DNA of 64,000 nucleotides from Burkholderiales bacterium (GCA_030833315.1 JAURHM010000004.1:6720-70719), one strand, 5' to 3'; numbered from the stretch's first letter, positions 43,025 through 52,776 are shown. Translations and numbers: made by a program. Notes: generated by a model from the sequence alone, not told the origin.

Positions 43025-43136
43025 GGTGTGCCTCCAAAATCTCTCAAGGAACCAATAAGTTACGAGCGGTTATCGATGGAATGATGCCTTTACTGGCCCC
43101 CTTTGTAAAGGCGATAACTCACACTGGGGAGAACGC

Positions 43137-44432
43137 TCAGGACCTGGCCGGAGGCAGTACCCGCACGCTTTTGATCACCCGGTCTTGGGTTTGCACGATT
43201 TCCAGCGGATGGCCGGCAATGCGCACGCTGGTGTTGGGTTCCGGAATGTCCTGCAAATGTTCCAGAATCAGGCCGTTCAGCGTTTTCGGGCCATCCAGCG
43301 GAAAGTTGAATCCCAGCTTGCGGTTGAGTTCGCGCAGAAGGGTGCCGCCCTCGATAACGTAGCTGCCGTCGGGCTGCAGGTGCAGGCCGCGGGCCATCAG
43401 TGGCGACTGCGTGGTGAACTCGCCGATGATTTCCTCAAGAATGTCTTCCAGGGTCACCAGTCCCATGATTTCGCCGTACTCGTCGACAACCAGGCTGATG
43501 CCTTTGGCGTGTTCCTGGAAGTTTTGAATCTGTGAGAGCAGCGGTGTCGAGGAGGGCACGAAATGCGCCTCGCGGATCATGTCGCGCAGGCTTTCCGGCG
43601 TCAGTTCGTCGCGCTGGATCAGCGTCAGTGCATGGCGCACACGCAGCGTGCCTACGACATTGTCGAACTGATCCCGATAGACGACGACGCGGCGGTGGTG
43701 GGCCGTCGACAGCTGTGCGGTGATTTCCTCGATCGGCAGATCGAGATTGATGCTTTCGATCTGGTTGCGCGGCACCATCACGTCATCCACGGTGATGGCG
43801 CCGAGTTCGAGCAAATTGAGCAACGCCGACGCGTGTTTTTTCGGCAGCACGTTCGATGATTCGAGAACAATGGTGCGGATCTCGTCGATCGACAGCGGCT
43901 GCGAGCCGGATTCCTGCGGTTGAAGACGCATTGCCTTGAGCGCCATGCCGAGCAGGGTGTCCGTGGACTTTGTCAGCAGGTGCACGAACGGCGCGGTGAC
44001 CCAGGCGAGTACGCGCATCGGCCAGGCGACGAAGCGCGAAATGTTTTCGGCGCTGTGCTGGCCGAGGCGCTTCGGCACGATTTCGCCGATGACGATGGAG
44101 AGATAGGTCACTGCGACAACCACGATGGCTGTCGACGTGATGTCGGCGGTTTTGTGCTCCAGGCCCTGTGTCTGCAGCCATACCGCAAACGGTTGGGCCA
44201 GAATGGCTTCGCCGACAATGCCGTTGAGCAGGCCGATCGAAGTAATGCCGATCTGCACGGTCGACAGGAAACGCGTCGGATCCGAACTGAGCTTGATCGC
44301 GGCCGCCGCCAGCTTGTCGCCGCGCTGCGCCAGCGTCGACAGTTTCGACTGGCGTACGGTGAGCAGCGCAACCTCCGACATGGCGAAGGCGCCGTTAAGC
44401 AGGATCAGGCAGGCGAGTATCAGGACTTCCAT
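43137..44432 (-). CDS. HlyC/CorC family transporter (CNNM/DUF21 + CBS pair + CorC_HlyC)
   Basis: N-terminal DUF21 membrane domain (MSEVALLTV...), CBS pair and C-terminal CorC domain. Synteny with ypjD/ffh matches E. coli yfjD. Confidence 0.85.
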   Translation of the reverse strand: MEVLILACLILLNGAFAMSEVALLTVRQSKLSTLAQRGDKLAAAAIKLSSDPTRFLSTVQIGITSIGLLNGIVGEAILAQPFAVWLQTQGLEHKTADITSTAIVVVAVTYLSIVIGEIVPKRLGQHSAENISRFVAWPMRVLAWVTAPFVHLLTKSTDTLLGMALKAMRLQPQESGSQPLSIDEIRTIVLESSNVLPKKHASALLNLLELGAITVDDVMVPRNQIESINLDLPIEEITAQLSTAHHRRVVVYRDQFDNVVGTLRVRHALTLIQRDELTPESLRDMIREAHFVPSSTPLLSQIQNFQEHAKGISLVVDEYGEIMGLVTLEDILEEIIGEFTTQSPLMARGLHLQPDGSYVIEGGTLLRELNRKLGFNFPLDGPKTLNGLILEHLQDIPEPNTSVRIAGHPLEIVQTQDRVIKSVRVLPPARS

Positions 44433-44474
44433 TTGTGCACCTCGAAAACGAAACCGGCGCAGGCGCCGGTCCGG

Positions 44475-45299
44475 TCAGACCCGTCCGAGCAGTATTTCCA
44501 GGACGAACTTGCTGCCGAGATAGGCGAGCACCAGCAGCATGAATCCCGCGAGTGTCCAGCGTACGGCGACGCGGCCGCGCCAGCCGCGGAAATGGCGGCC
44601 GAGCAGCAGCGCGGCGAATACGAACCAGGACACGAAGCCGAAAACGCTTTTATGGTTGAGGCGGGCGGCCTTGCCGAAAACCTCCTCGGAAAAAAACACG
44701 CCGCTGACCAGTGTCAACGTCAGCATGATGAAGCCCGCCCAGATGATGCGGAACAGCAGGTTTTCCATGGTCAGCAGCGGCGGCAGCCGGCGCAGACCCG
44801 CCGGCAGCGAGCCCATGTGCAGCCGGCGCTCGAGCATCGCCATCAGCAGCACGTGCAGCGAGGCGATGGTGAACAGGCTGTAGGCCGCCATCGACATCAC
44901 CAGATGCAGTTTGAATGCCAGCATGTCGGTATTGGGCAGCGGTTTGGCGGCGGGCAGCAATGCGGGCAGAAAGGCCGCTACAGCGGCGACCGGGAGAATC
45001 AGCGCCTGCAGCCCTTCCAGCCGGTAGAACAGGCTGCCCAGCCAGTAAATCAGCACGGTGAGCCAGAGGATCGCCGAGATGGCGTCGCCGACGCCGATGC
45101 GCAGCGTGTGGTCGGCGAAAATGACGCCGAACAGCACAAGGCCGTGCACAGTCAGCGAGGCCAATACGCAGGCGCGTTCAGTGACGCCGCGCAAAGGCGA
45201 CATCTCCTGTATCGCCGGCGACCAGTGCAACCGCCAGAAGTAAGCGGCCATGACTGCGTAAAGAAGTGCGCTGACGAGATACGGTAAAATGGACTGCAT
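44475..45299 (-). CDS. ypjD: cytochrome c assembly (CcsA-like) family inner-membrane protein YpjD
   Basis: Polytopic 274 aa, divergent from ffh as in E. coli. Confidence 0.75.
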   Translation of the reverse strand: MQSILPYLVSALLYAVMAAYFWRLHWSPAIQEMSPLRGVTERACVLASLTVHGLVLFGVIFADHTLRIGVGDAISAILWLTVLIYWLGSLFYRLEGLQALILPVAAVAAFLPALLPAAKPLPNTDMLAFKLHLVMSMAAYSLFTIASLHVLLMAMLERRLHMGSLPAGLRRLPPLLTMENLLFRIIWAGFIMLTLTLVSGVFFSEEVFGKAARLNHKSVFGFVSWFVFAALLLGRHFRGWRGRVAVRWTLAGFMLLVLAYLGSKFVLEILLGRV

Positions 45300-45332
45300 G
45301 TATCCAGTTTACCTGAAGCTATCCCTTAAGCC

Positions 45333-46688
45333 ATGTTCGACAACCTGACCGGCCGGCTGGCGAAAGTCGTCAAGACGCTGCGCGGTGAAGCGCGGCTGAC
45401 TGAAGTCAACACCCAGGACGCGTTGCGTGAAGTGCGCATGGCCTTGCTGGAGGCCGACGTTGCGCTGCCGGTGGTCAAGGCTTTCATCGACCGCGTTCGC
45501 GAAAAGGCGGTCGGCGAAGAAGTTGTCGGTAGCCTGACGCCGGGGCAGGCGCTGGTCGGCGTCGTGCACCGCGAGCTGGTCGCCCTGATGGGCGACCACA
45601 ACGAATCGCTGAATCTCGCGGTGCAGCCGCCGGCGGTAATCCTGATGGCCGGCCTGCAGGGCGCCGGCAAAACGACGACCGCGGGCAAACTTGCACGCTG
45701 GCTGCGCCTCGAACAGAAAAAGAAGGTGCTGCTGGCCAGCTGCGACGTTTACCGTCCCGCGGCGATCGAACAGCTGAAAATTCTCGCCGGACAGGTCGAA
45801 GTGGATTTTCATCCCGTTGCCGACGGTGAAAAACCGGTCGACATCGCGAAGCGTGCGCTGCAATACGCACGGACGCATTACCACGATGTTCTGATTGTCG
45901 ATACTGCGGGCCGTCTTGCCATCGATGAGGCGATGATGCGGGAAATCCGCGAGCTGCATGCCGCGGTGAATCCGGTCGAAACGCTGTTCGTGGTGGACGC
46001 CATGCAGGGCCAGGACGCGGTGAATGTCGCCAAGTCTTTCGGTGAAGCCCTGCCGCTGACCGGTGTCATCCTGACCAAGCTTGATGGTGATTCGCGCGGC
46101 GGCGCCGCGCTGTCGGTGCGCCATGTCACCGGCAAGCCGATCAAGTTTGCCGGCACGGGCGAAAAAGTCACCGGTCTTGAGGCCTTCCATCCCGACCGGC
46201 TGGCGTCGCGCATTCTCGGCATGGGCGACGTATTGTCGCTGATCGAGGATGTCACCAAATCAGTTGACCGCGATGAGGCCGAGAAACTGGCGCGCAAGGT
46301 CAAAAGCGGCAAGGGTTTTGATCTGGAAGACTTCAAGCAGCAGATTGCCCAGATGCGCAAGATGGGCGGGGTGAGCGCGTTGATGGACAAGCTGCCCGCG
46401 CAGCTGGCGCAGGCTGCGGCGCAGGGTGCACCGCAGATGGATGACAAGGCGACGCGCCGCCTTGAGGGCATCATCAATTCGATGACGCGGCTCGAGCGCA
46501 CAAAACCGGAGCTGATCAAGGCTTCCCGCAAGCGGCGCATTGCCGCCGGCGCCGGCGTGACGGTTCAGGAAGTGAACCGGCTGCTCAGCCAGTTCGAACA
46601 GACGCAGAAGATGATGAAAATGGTCGCCAAGGGCGGCATGGCGAAAATGATGCGCTCGATGAAGGGCATGTTCCCTGGAATGCGCTGA
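45333..46688 (+). CDS. ffh: signal recognition particle protein Ffh
   Basis: GLQGAGKTTT, DTAGR and TKLDGD GTPase motifs, Met-rich C-terminal M domain. Confidence 0.97.
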   Translation: MFDNLTGRLAKVVKTLRGEARLTEVNTQDALREVRMALLEADVALPVVKAFIDRVREKAVGEEVVGSLTPGQALVGVVHRELVALMGDHNESLNLAVQPPAVILMAGLQGAGKTTTAGKLARWLRLEQKKKVLLASCDVYRPAAIEQLKILAGQVEVDFHPVADGEKPVDIAKRALQYARTHYHDVLIVDTAGRLAIDEAMMREIRELHAAVNPVETLFVVDAMQGQDAVNVAKSFGEALPLTGVILTKLDGDSRGGAALSVRHVTGKPIKFAGTGEKVTGLEAFHPDRLASRILGMGDVLSLIEDVTKSVDRDEAEKLARKVKSGKGFDLEDFKQQIAQMRKMGGVSALMDKLPAQLAQAAAQGAPQMDDKATRRLEGIINSMTRLERTKPELIKASRKRRIAAGAGVTVQEVNRLLSQFEQTQKMMKMVAKGGMAKMMRSMKGMFPGMR

Positions 46689-46715
46689 ACATCCCCGGTT
46701 TCCGGCGTTACCCGC

Positions 46716-47567
46716 TTATTTCAGACTGAAGCCCTGACGCCGGATGTAATCGCCGAAGTCCGCGCGCTCCGGTTCGGCGTACTGCCGGGCCTTGTCTTCC
46801 GACCAGCCGTAAAAATCCGCATTGCCGAAAAGCTTGGTGCGCCGCTGCTTGCCGTAGGGGTGGTTGGCATGGCGCCGCTGATCGTAGGCATCGACATGCT
46901 CGCGCAGCCGGGTTTCGTCATAACGGTCGGTATGCACCGTCACTTCGAGCGGCAGTCGCGGGCTGATGTGTCCGGCCGCGGCCGGATAACCCACGCATAA
47001 ACCGGCAATCGGGAACACGCCTTCCGGCAGCCCCAGTTCCTTGCTGACGGTGTCGATGGCGTTGCGGATGGCGCTGATTGGGCAGGTGCCGAGACCCGCG
47101 GTTTCGGCGGCATTGATGAAATTCGTCATCACGATGCCGGCGTCCACCGCTGCGTTCATGAAGTGGTCGAGATGTTCGTTGGCGAAGGGTTTGCCGCGCC
47201 ACTGTCCGATGTGGCGGATGCGCCGGTTGTTGCCGCAGAACACCAGGAACAGCGGTGCGTCGAGAATCCAGGCCATGTCCGGCAGGTGCGCGACGATGCG
47301 CCGGCGCTTTTCAGGATCGGCGACATGAATGATGTCGGCCTGCTGCAGGTCGCTCTTGGTTGGCGCCGACAATGCGCAGGCAAAAAGCAGCTGCAGCAGT
47401 TCCGGGCTCACCGGATCCGGACGATAACGGCGCAGTGACCGGTGTTCGGCCATGCGCGCCAGTTCGGCTGCGCCGGGCTGGTGGTCCGGCATTCCGATGG
47501 CCTTGCCGTAACGGGTTTTGAAGGCGGCGGCGATGCGCTCGGCAGGGGTTTTTTCTGGATTATTCAT
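46716..47567 (-). CDS. nitroreductase family protein (NfsA/FRP-like NADPH oxidoreductase)
   Basis: EHRSLRRY...SAPTKSDLQQ pattern of the nitroreductase fold, 283 aa. Confidence 0.75.
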   Translation of the reverse strand: MNNPEKTPAERIAAAFKTRYGKAIGMPDHQPGAAELARMAEHRSLRRYRPDPVSPELLQLLFACALSAPTKSDLQQADIIHVADPEKRRRIVAHLPDMAWILDAPLFLVFCGNNRRIRHIGQWRGKPFANEHLDHFMNAAVDAGIVMTNFINAAETAGLGTCPISAIRNAIDTVSKELGLPEGVFPIAGLCVGYPAAAGHISPRLPLEVTVHTDRYDETRLREHVDAYDQRRHANHPYGKQRRTKLFGNADFYGWSEDKARQYAEPERADFGDYIRRQGFSLK

Positions 47568-47652
47568 AAAATTTCAATAAAAACAATTGGTTATGTTAAT
47601 TTCAGGCGGTGGCGGGCTTAAGCCCTGGTTTTGAGACTGTCGTCATTAGACG

Positions 47653-47693
47653 TTGCTTCGGAGGGTGAAAGTGGCGTAAAATCCGCCCCTTTC
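47653..47693 (+). promoter_or_regulatory. rpsP promoter candidate embedded in an imperfect inverted repeat
   Basis: -35 TTGCTT (47653-47658), 18-nt spacer, -10 TAAAAT (47677-47682), GC-rich discriminator CCGCCCC. The arms GAAAGTGGCG (47667-47676) and CGCCCCTTTC (47684-47693) pair at 9 of 10 positions around the -10. Confidence 0.45.
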
Positions 47694-47721
47694 GACTTTT
47701 TCAGTCACCGGGAAATCCGTC

Positions 47722-47979
47722 ATGGTGGTGGTCCGTTTAGCTCGTGGAGGCGCCAAAAAGCGCCCGTTTTTCAACCTCGTTGTTGCCGACTCGCGTTTTC
47801 CGCGCGACGGTCGCTTTATCGAGCGCCTGGGGTTTTACGATCCCAAAGCGCCGGAAGGCCGCGAACGTCTGCGTATCAACAGTGAGCGCCTTGCATTCTG
47901 GCAAGACAAAGGTGCGCAACTGTCGGATACAGTCACCCGTCTCGTCAAGCAGGCTGGTGCCCAAAAAGCAGCTGCCTGA
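47722..47979 (+). CDS. rpsP: 30S ribosomal protein S16
   Basis: [25 protein letters not shown]. Confidence 0.97.
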   Translation: MVVVRLARGGAKKRPFFNLVVADSRFPRDGRFIERLGFYDPKAPEGRERLRINSERLAFWQDKGAQLSDTVTRLVKQAGAQKAAA

Positions 47980-48487
47980 GCAGTCGGTCGCTGAACGGCT
48001 GGTAGTCATGGGGCGCGTGGTTGCGCCCTACGGTGTCAACGGTTGGATAAGGATTCAGCCGTTCACGCAGGAAAGCCGCGGGTTGCTCGATTATTCGTTG
48101 TGGCAGGTCGGACGCGAAGGCGCCTGGCATCTGCGATCCGTGGAGTCGGCCAAAGTGCACGGCGCCGCGGTGGTTGCAAAGCTGGCAGGCATTACTGACC
48201 GCGATCAGGCGGCAGTGCTGCAGGGGATGCGGGTGGCGATATCGCGCGAGGCCTTTCCCGAAGCCGCCAGCGGGGAGTTTTACTGGGCCGATCTGGTCGG
48301 GCTGAAGGTGGTGAATACGGCCGGGGTCGAGCTGGGTGCTGTGTCCCGGGTGTTTGAAACCGGGGCCAACGATGTGCTGGTGGTGGAAGGCGAAAGGGAA
48401 CGGTTGCTGCCTTTCATCGAGACGGTGGTCCGGCAGGTGGATATTGCCGGCGGCAGCATAACCGTCGATTGGGAAGCAGATTACTGA
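47957..48487 (+). CDS. rimM: ribosome maturation factor RimM
   Basis: GTG 47957 gives (M)[29 protein letters not shown], colinear with E. coli [28 protein letters not shown]. The alternative ATG is 48008. Confidence 0.9.
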   Translation: MPKKQLPEQSVAERLVVMGRVVAPYGVNGWIRIQPFTQESRGLLDYSLWQVGREGAWHLRSVESAKVHGAAVVAKLAGITDRDQAAVLQGMRVAISREAFPEAASGEFYWADLVGLKVVNTAGVELGAVSRVFETGANDVLVVEGERERLLPFIETVVRQVDIAGGSITVDWEADY

Positions 48488-49251
48488 TGTTGCAGTTTGA
48501 TGTCGTCACACTGTTTCCGGCGATGTTCGATGCGGTAACCGAATTGGGGGTTACCGGTCGGGCCCGGGAGCGCGGTCTGTATCAGTTTGTGGCGTGGAAT
48601 CCGCGTGATTTCACGACAAATGTGCACCGCACCGTCGATGACCGGCCATATGGCGGCGGTCCCGGCATGGTGATGATGGCGGAGCCTCTGGACAAAGCGC
48701 TGGCAGCAGCGCGACAGCGGCAGATGAGCGCGGGTGTCGACAAGCCGCGGGTGGTGCATCTGACGCCGCAGGGAAGATTGCTGGATCACGCGCTTGTGGC
48801 AGAGTTGGCGCGGGAGCCGGGACTGGTGTTGCTGGCCGGACGCTACGAAGGTGTGGATGAGCGTCTGATCGATCGCCAGACCATCGAGGAAGTCTCGATC
48901 GGCGACTATGTATTGAGTGGCGGTGAACTCGCCGCGATGGTGTTGATGGACAGCGTGGTGCGGCAGTTACCCGGAGCCTTGGGTGATGCTGAATCCGCCA
49001 GTCAGGATTCGTTTGTTGACGGCCTGCTGGACCACCCCCACTACACCCGCCCGGAAGTGTATGAGGGCGCGGCGGTGCCGGCGGTGCTGTTGTCAGGAAA
49101 CCACGCGGTGATCACGCGCTGGCGTATGAAGCAGTCGCTGGGACGCACCTGGCAGCGACGGCCGGATTTGCTGGAACGGCGGGTGTTGACCGCGGAAGAA
49201 CGGTCACTGCTCGACGAGTTTCGCCGCGAACAGGACAGCGGCAGGGTTTAA
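48487..49251 (+). CDS. trmD: tRNA (guanine37-N1)-methyltransferase
   Basis: [15 protein letters not shown]-terminus, [21 protein letters not shown]. Confidence 0.96.
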   Translation: MLQFDVVTLFPAMFDAVTELGVTGRARERGLYQFVAWNPRDFTTNVHRTVDDRPYGGGPGMVMMAEPLDKALAAARQRQMSAGVDKPRVVHLTPQGRLLDHALVAELAREPGLVLLAGRYEGVDERLIDRQTIEEVSIGDYVLSGGELAAMVLMDSVVRQLPGALGDAESASQDSFVDGLLDHPHYTRPEVYEGAAVPAVLLSGNHAVITRWRMKQSLGRTWQRRPDLLERRVLTAEERSLLDEFRREQDSGRV

Positions 49252-49300
49252 CCGCGAACGCCATGATGGCGGACGCAATCAAGTTTGAGGGAGTCAAGAG

Positions 49301-49708
49301 ATGAACGTCATACAGCAGCTGGAACAGGAAGAAATGAACCGTCTGGGTCGCAAGATGCCGGAGTTTGTCGCCGGTGACACGGTCATAGTCAACGTCAACG
49401 TGGTCGAGGGCGAGCGCAAGCGCGTCCAGGCTTACGAAGGCGTGGTCATCGCCAAGCGCAACCGGGGCATCAACTCCTCGTTCATCGTGCGCAAGATTTC
49501 CTCGGGCGAGGGCGTCGAGCGGACTTTCCAGACCTACTCACCGTCGATCGCCAGCATTGAGGTGAAGCGCCGCGGCGACGTCGGCCGTTCGAAGCTTTAC
49601 TATCTGCGCGGCCTGTCGGGCAAAGCGGCCCGCATCAAGGAAAAGCTCACCGTCAGCACCCCGGTGGCAGCCGAGGTCGAGGCGGAAGCCGCACCGGCTG
49701 AGAAATAA
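49301..49708 (+). CDS. rplS: 50S ribosomal protein L19
   Basis: [35 protein letters not shown], with an Ala/Glu-rich C-terminal tail. Confidence 0.96.
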   Translation: MNVIQQLEQEEMNRLGRKMPEFVAGDTVIVNVNVVEGERKRVQAYEGVVIAKRNRGINSSFIVRKISSGEGVERTFQTYSPSIASIEVKRRGDVGRSKLYYLRGLSGKAARIKEKLTVSTPVAAEVEAEAAPAEK

Positions 49709-49725
49709 GCTTTTTGTAATCCTGG

Positions 49726-49750
49726 AAAAGGCGGCTGCGGCCGCCTTTTT
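49726..49750 (+). terminator. rho-independent terminator of the rpsP operon
   Basis: AAAA-GGCGGC-TGCG-GCCGCC-TTTTT (stem 49730-49735 / 49740-49745). Confidence 0.8.
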
Positions 49751-49828
49751 CTTTGTCTTTTTACTCTATTTCCTTGATTGTGACCGTCGCGCAGGCGCTT
49801 CGCGCCGGGCCGCCGCTACAATAAGCGC

Positions 49829-51523
49829 ATGTTCCTGCAACGGCTGATCGTTTCCTTTTTTGCATCGATCTTCGTGACGGCGATGACGGCTGCGCAGGCT
49901 GCCGACGAACTCGCCGCCACGCGCAGTCTTGCTAAAGCCGGTGCGCTCCAGCTCGCGCTGCAGCGTGTGGAACTGCTGCAACCGGCGGGTACTGCGTCTC
50001 CACCCAAGGCGGCTTCCCCGGCGGCGGCATGGGCGGACTGGGAGCGTCTACGGCTGCAACTGCTGGCGTCCCGTGCCGCGAATGACCAGCTCTTGCAGCG
50101 TGTCGCGGCCCTGCCGACCGGTGTTGAACCGGCGCTTGCTGCTGATTTTCATGCGGCGGCGGCGCGTTCGGCGCTGATCCTCGGGCGCGGTGGCGCGGCG
50201 CGTGATCAGGCGGCGCGTGCGCTGTGGACTGCCGGCATGGATGCCGGGCGTTTACGCGAACTGCGCCTGCTGGTGATCCGCAGTCTGGTAATGGACGGTC
50301 ACGCGGACGACGCCTATCGCAGCATGCTGCGCTTCCAGCAGGATTACCGGCCGCTCGATGCGGTGACGGCGACGCAGTTTGTCGACGGCCTGCTCGATCT
50401 GAAGCGGGTCCAGGAAGCCGTGGCCTGGCTGGGTCTGCTCGATGAGCGCGGTCCGGCGATGCTACGCCTGCGGCTGCATACCGGCCTGCTGTCGCCTGCG
50501 GATGTGGTGGCGCAGGCGCGTGCCGGCATTGCGCGCAGCGAAGATCCGGCATGGTGGCGTGTGTTGCTCGACGCTGCCGAAAAGCAGCCGGCCCCGCTGC
50601 TGAAAATTGAAGCCCTGGAGCAATTGCTCGATCGCGCTGATACGCCGGCAGCGGATGCCTCCCGCTTGTGGGAGGCTTATCTCGCTTACGCCCGCAGCGC
50701 CGCGAATACGCATCAGCTTCTGGCCGGTGACGAATCGAGCTGGCTGGCATTTGCACTCAAACGCAAAGAGGCCGAGCCCGTTGTAGCGCACGCCTATCTG
50801 GCTTACCTCGCGCGCGAGGGGCGCGGCGAATCCCTGCGGCGCAGCGCACAGGTCCAGCTCGCATCCGCTTTGATGGCAGCGCGACTGCCGCGCATGGCGC
50901 TGCAATTGTTTGATGTCTGGCCCGCCGATCCGGCGGCGCTTTCGGCAGAAACGCGTTATCAACTGGGCGGCGCGGCCGAAGCGCTGCAACAGCATGTGCG
51001 CGCGCTGCAATACCGGCAGGGATTGCCGTCGCCTGACGGTACCGCTGCCGCGGTCTGGGATCTGCGCATGGCGGGGCTCGCCCTGCGCGCCGGTCGCGGC
51101 GATGTGGCTTCCGTTGTCACCCGGCAACTGGCTGCAGCCGGTACGCCGATTCCGCCTGCGCAACTGCCGGAATGGCTTGCGCTGACGGCGCAACTCTCCG
51201 ATCACGGGCTGTCTGCAGAAACGCAACTGCTGGCGGCGCGGGTTACACCGCATGCCGATGCCGAGCAGGCGCGCCTGCTGCTGGCCGCGACTGCGCGCGC
51301 CCTCGATTCGGGCAGTCAACCATTGCTGGCCGCTGAATATCACCTGCGCCTGGCGATGAGCGCACCTCAGCCCGATGCGGTCGCGGAGTCCCGGCTGCGT
51401 GCGGGATTCAATCTCGCGCGCAGCGGTCTTCGCGATGATGCCCGTGTGCAGTTTGAATGGGTGCTGAAGAATGCGCGCGATCCGGCACAGATCGCGATAG
51501 CGCGGCGGGAGCTTGGTTTCTAG
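49829..51523 (+). CDS. secreted Ala/Leu/Arg-rich all-helical (TPR-like?) protein, function unknown
   Basis: Signal peptide MFLQRLIVSFFASIFVTAMTAAQA|AD, 564 aa. No motif I can name. Confidence 0.55.
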   Translation: MFLQRLIVSFFASIFVTAMTAAQAADELAATRSLAKAGALQLALQRVELLQPAGTASPPKAASPAAAWADWERLRLQLLASRAANDQLLQRVAALPTGVEPALAADFHAAAARSALILGRGGAARDQAARALWTAGMDAGRLRELRLLVIRSLVMDGHADDAYRSMLRFQQDYRPLDAVTATQFVDGLLDLKRVQEAVAWLGLLDERGPAMLRLRLHTGLLSPADVVAQARAGIARSEDPAWWRVLLDAAEKQPAPLLKIEALEQLLDRADTPAADASRLWEAYLAYARSAANTHQLLAGDESSWLAFALKRKEAEPVVAHAYLAYLAREGRGESLRRSAQVQLASALMAARLPRMALQLFDVWPADPAALSAETRYQLGGAAEALQQHVRALQYRQGLPSPDGTAAAVWDLRMAGLALRAGRGDVASVVTRQLAAAGTPIPPAQLPEWLALTAQLSDHGLSAETQLLAARVTPHADAEQARLLLAATARALDSGSQPLLAAEYHLRLAMSAPQPDAVAESRLRAGFNLARSGLRDDARVQFEWVLKNARDPAQIAIARRELGF

Positions 51524-51538
51524 TCCAATACGCCGCGC

Positions 51539-52297
51539 TCAGCGAGCAGCGCTTTTCCACAGATCGCTCAGATATTCGTGGTCGCTGGTGTTGATCCAGC
51601 TGCGGCGGTATTCGACCGGCGTGTCGTTGTAGGTATAAGCGACGCGGCGGATCTGCAGCGCCGGCTGGCCGCTGTGCAGACCGAGGATGTTCGCGATGTC
51701 CGCAGGCGGATGCACCGCGGAAAGCCGTTCGCTGATGCGCACGACATTGACGCCGTAACGCGCCTGATAAAGGCCGTAGATCGTACCTTCGCGGTTGCGG
51801 AAGGTGGATTCGTCGAGCCGGGAGAAGCGCTCGGTCGGCACCGTGATGTCGTCCAGCACCACCGGCTTGCCGGCCAGTTTCAGCAGATTGCGCACCCGCG
51901 CCACGCGGCTGCCGCGGACGAGTCCGAACTGGGTTTCATCGTCAGCATCGGCACGCTCCTTGCTGAAGCCCAGCAGTTCGGAGACCGGGAATTCGCGGCT
52001 GCCGTCCTTGCCGACGACATGGAAAAAGTAAAACAGCGTGCGGTCTTCGGTGTGGGTGGCGACAAAAGTGCCGCGGCCCTGCTGGCGCACGAGGATGCGG
52101 CCGGCGACCAGTTCGTCAATCGCACGGCGGATGGTGCCGATGGAAACCTTGAACTGTCCGGCCAATTGCGATTCGCTGGGAATGGCCTCGCCCGGTTTCC
52201 ACTCGCCGGCGGCCAGTGCACGGGTGATTTTCCATTGCACTTCACGGTAAAGCGGTGCGGCGGCGAGGTTGTCGGTAATGCGGGCGGGGGTGTCCAT
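51539..52297 (-). CDS. GntR family transcriptional regulator, HutC subfamily (UTRA effector domain)
   Basis: PSESQLAGQFKVSIGTIRRAIDELVAGRILVRQQGRGTFV winged-helix region plus a UTRA-like C-terminal half. Confidence 0.88.
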   Translation of the reverse strand: MDTPARITDNLAAAPLYREVQWKITRALAAGEWKPGEAIPSESQLAGQFKVSIGTIRRAIDELVAGRILVRQQGRGTFVATHTEDRTLFYFFHVVGKDGSREFPVSELLGFSKERADADDETQFGLVRGSRVARVRNLLKLAGKPVVLDDITVPTERFSRLDESTFRNREGTIYGLYQARYGVNVVRISERLSAVHPPADIANILGLHSGQPALQIRRVAYTYNDTPVEYRRSWINTSDHEYLSDLWKSAAR

Positions 52298-52333
52298 GGC
52301 GGCGCGCGGCAGTCTATCACGCAGCCGGCGGAT

Positions 52334-52380
52334 TCATATAGGTCATATAGTTGACTGGCCGAAAGTGCGGGGGTTAGCAT
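52334..52380 (+). promoter_or_regulatory. candidate operator (TCATATAG x2) abutting a sigma70-like promoter for the downstream cluster
   Basis: TCATATAG at 52334-52341 and 52343-52350. -35 TTGACT (52351-52356), 18-nt spacer, -10 TAGCAT (52375-52380). Lies in the 148-nt divergent spacer between the regulator and the first cluster gene. Confidence 0.35.
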
Positions 52381-52445
52381 CTCCGGCCCTGCACAACCGT
52401 TTTCATTCCGGCTGCATATCATCCAGCGTTCACCCAGGAGGCACA

Positions 52446-52727
52446 ATGATTCATTTGTTGGTACACGACAAAAAGGACACGGTCGGCGTGGCCGTCATCG
52501 AAGGCATCAAGGCCGGTCAGGAGATGATCGGCTGGGTCATGGAAGACGATTCCACGATCAAGGTCAAGGCGATCAACGACATTCCCATCGGCCACAAAGC
52601 CGCACTTCGCGAAATCAAGAAGGGCGATACCATCATCAAATACGGTTTTGACATCGGCAAGGCCGTCGCTGACATCAAGGTCGGCGAGCACGCCCACGTG
52701 CACAACATCAAGACCAAGCGTTGGTAA
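52446..52727 (+). CDS. UxaA-family dehydratase small subunit (SAF domain; SuyA/GarD-N-like)
   Basis: ATG 52446 lies 6 nt after CAGGAGG. 93 aa with a SAF-domain pattern (DIPIGHKAALREIKKGDTIIKYG). The ORF-track start 52269 overlaps the regulator gene. Confidence 0.75.
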   Translation: MIHLLVHDKKDTVGVAVIEGIKAGQEMIGWVMEDDSTIKVKAINDIPIGHKAALREIKKGDTIIKYGFDIGKAVADIKVGEHAHVHNIKTKRW

Positions 52728-52776
52728 AAGCGGCTGTCAAGCCACTAGATCCCGCCCCATTTCCGGAGACTGAACA

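Noticed and set aside
41750-45287. 444-aa (41750-43084) and 455-aa (43920-45287) plus-strand ORFs
   Set aside because: Antisense to pilC and to corC/ypjD respectively. Their composition is His/Arg/Gln/Asp-rich and repetitive. Shadow ORFs.
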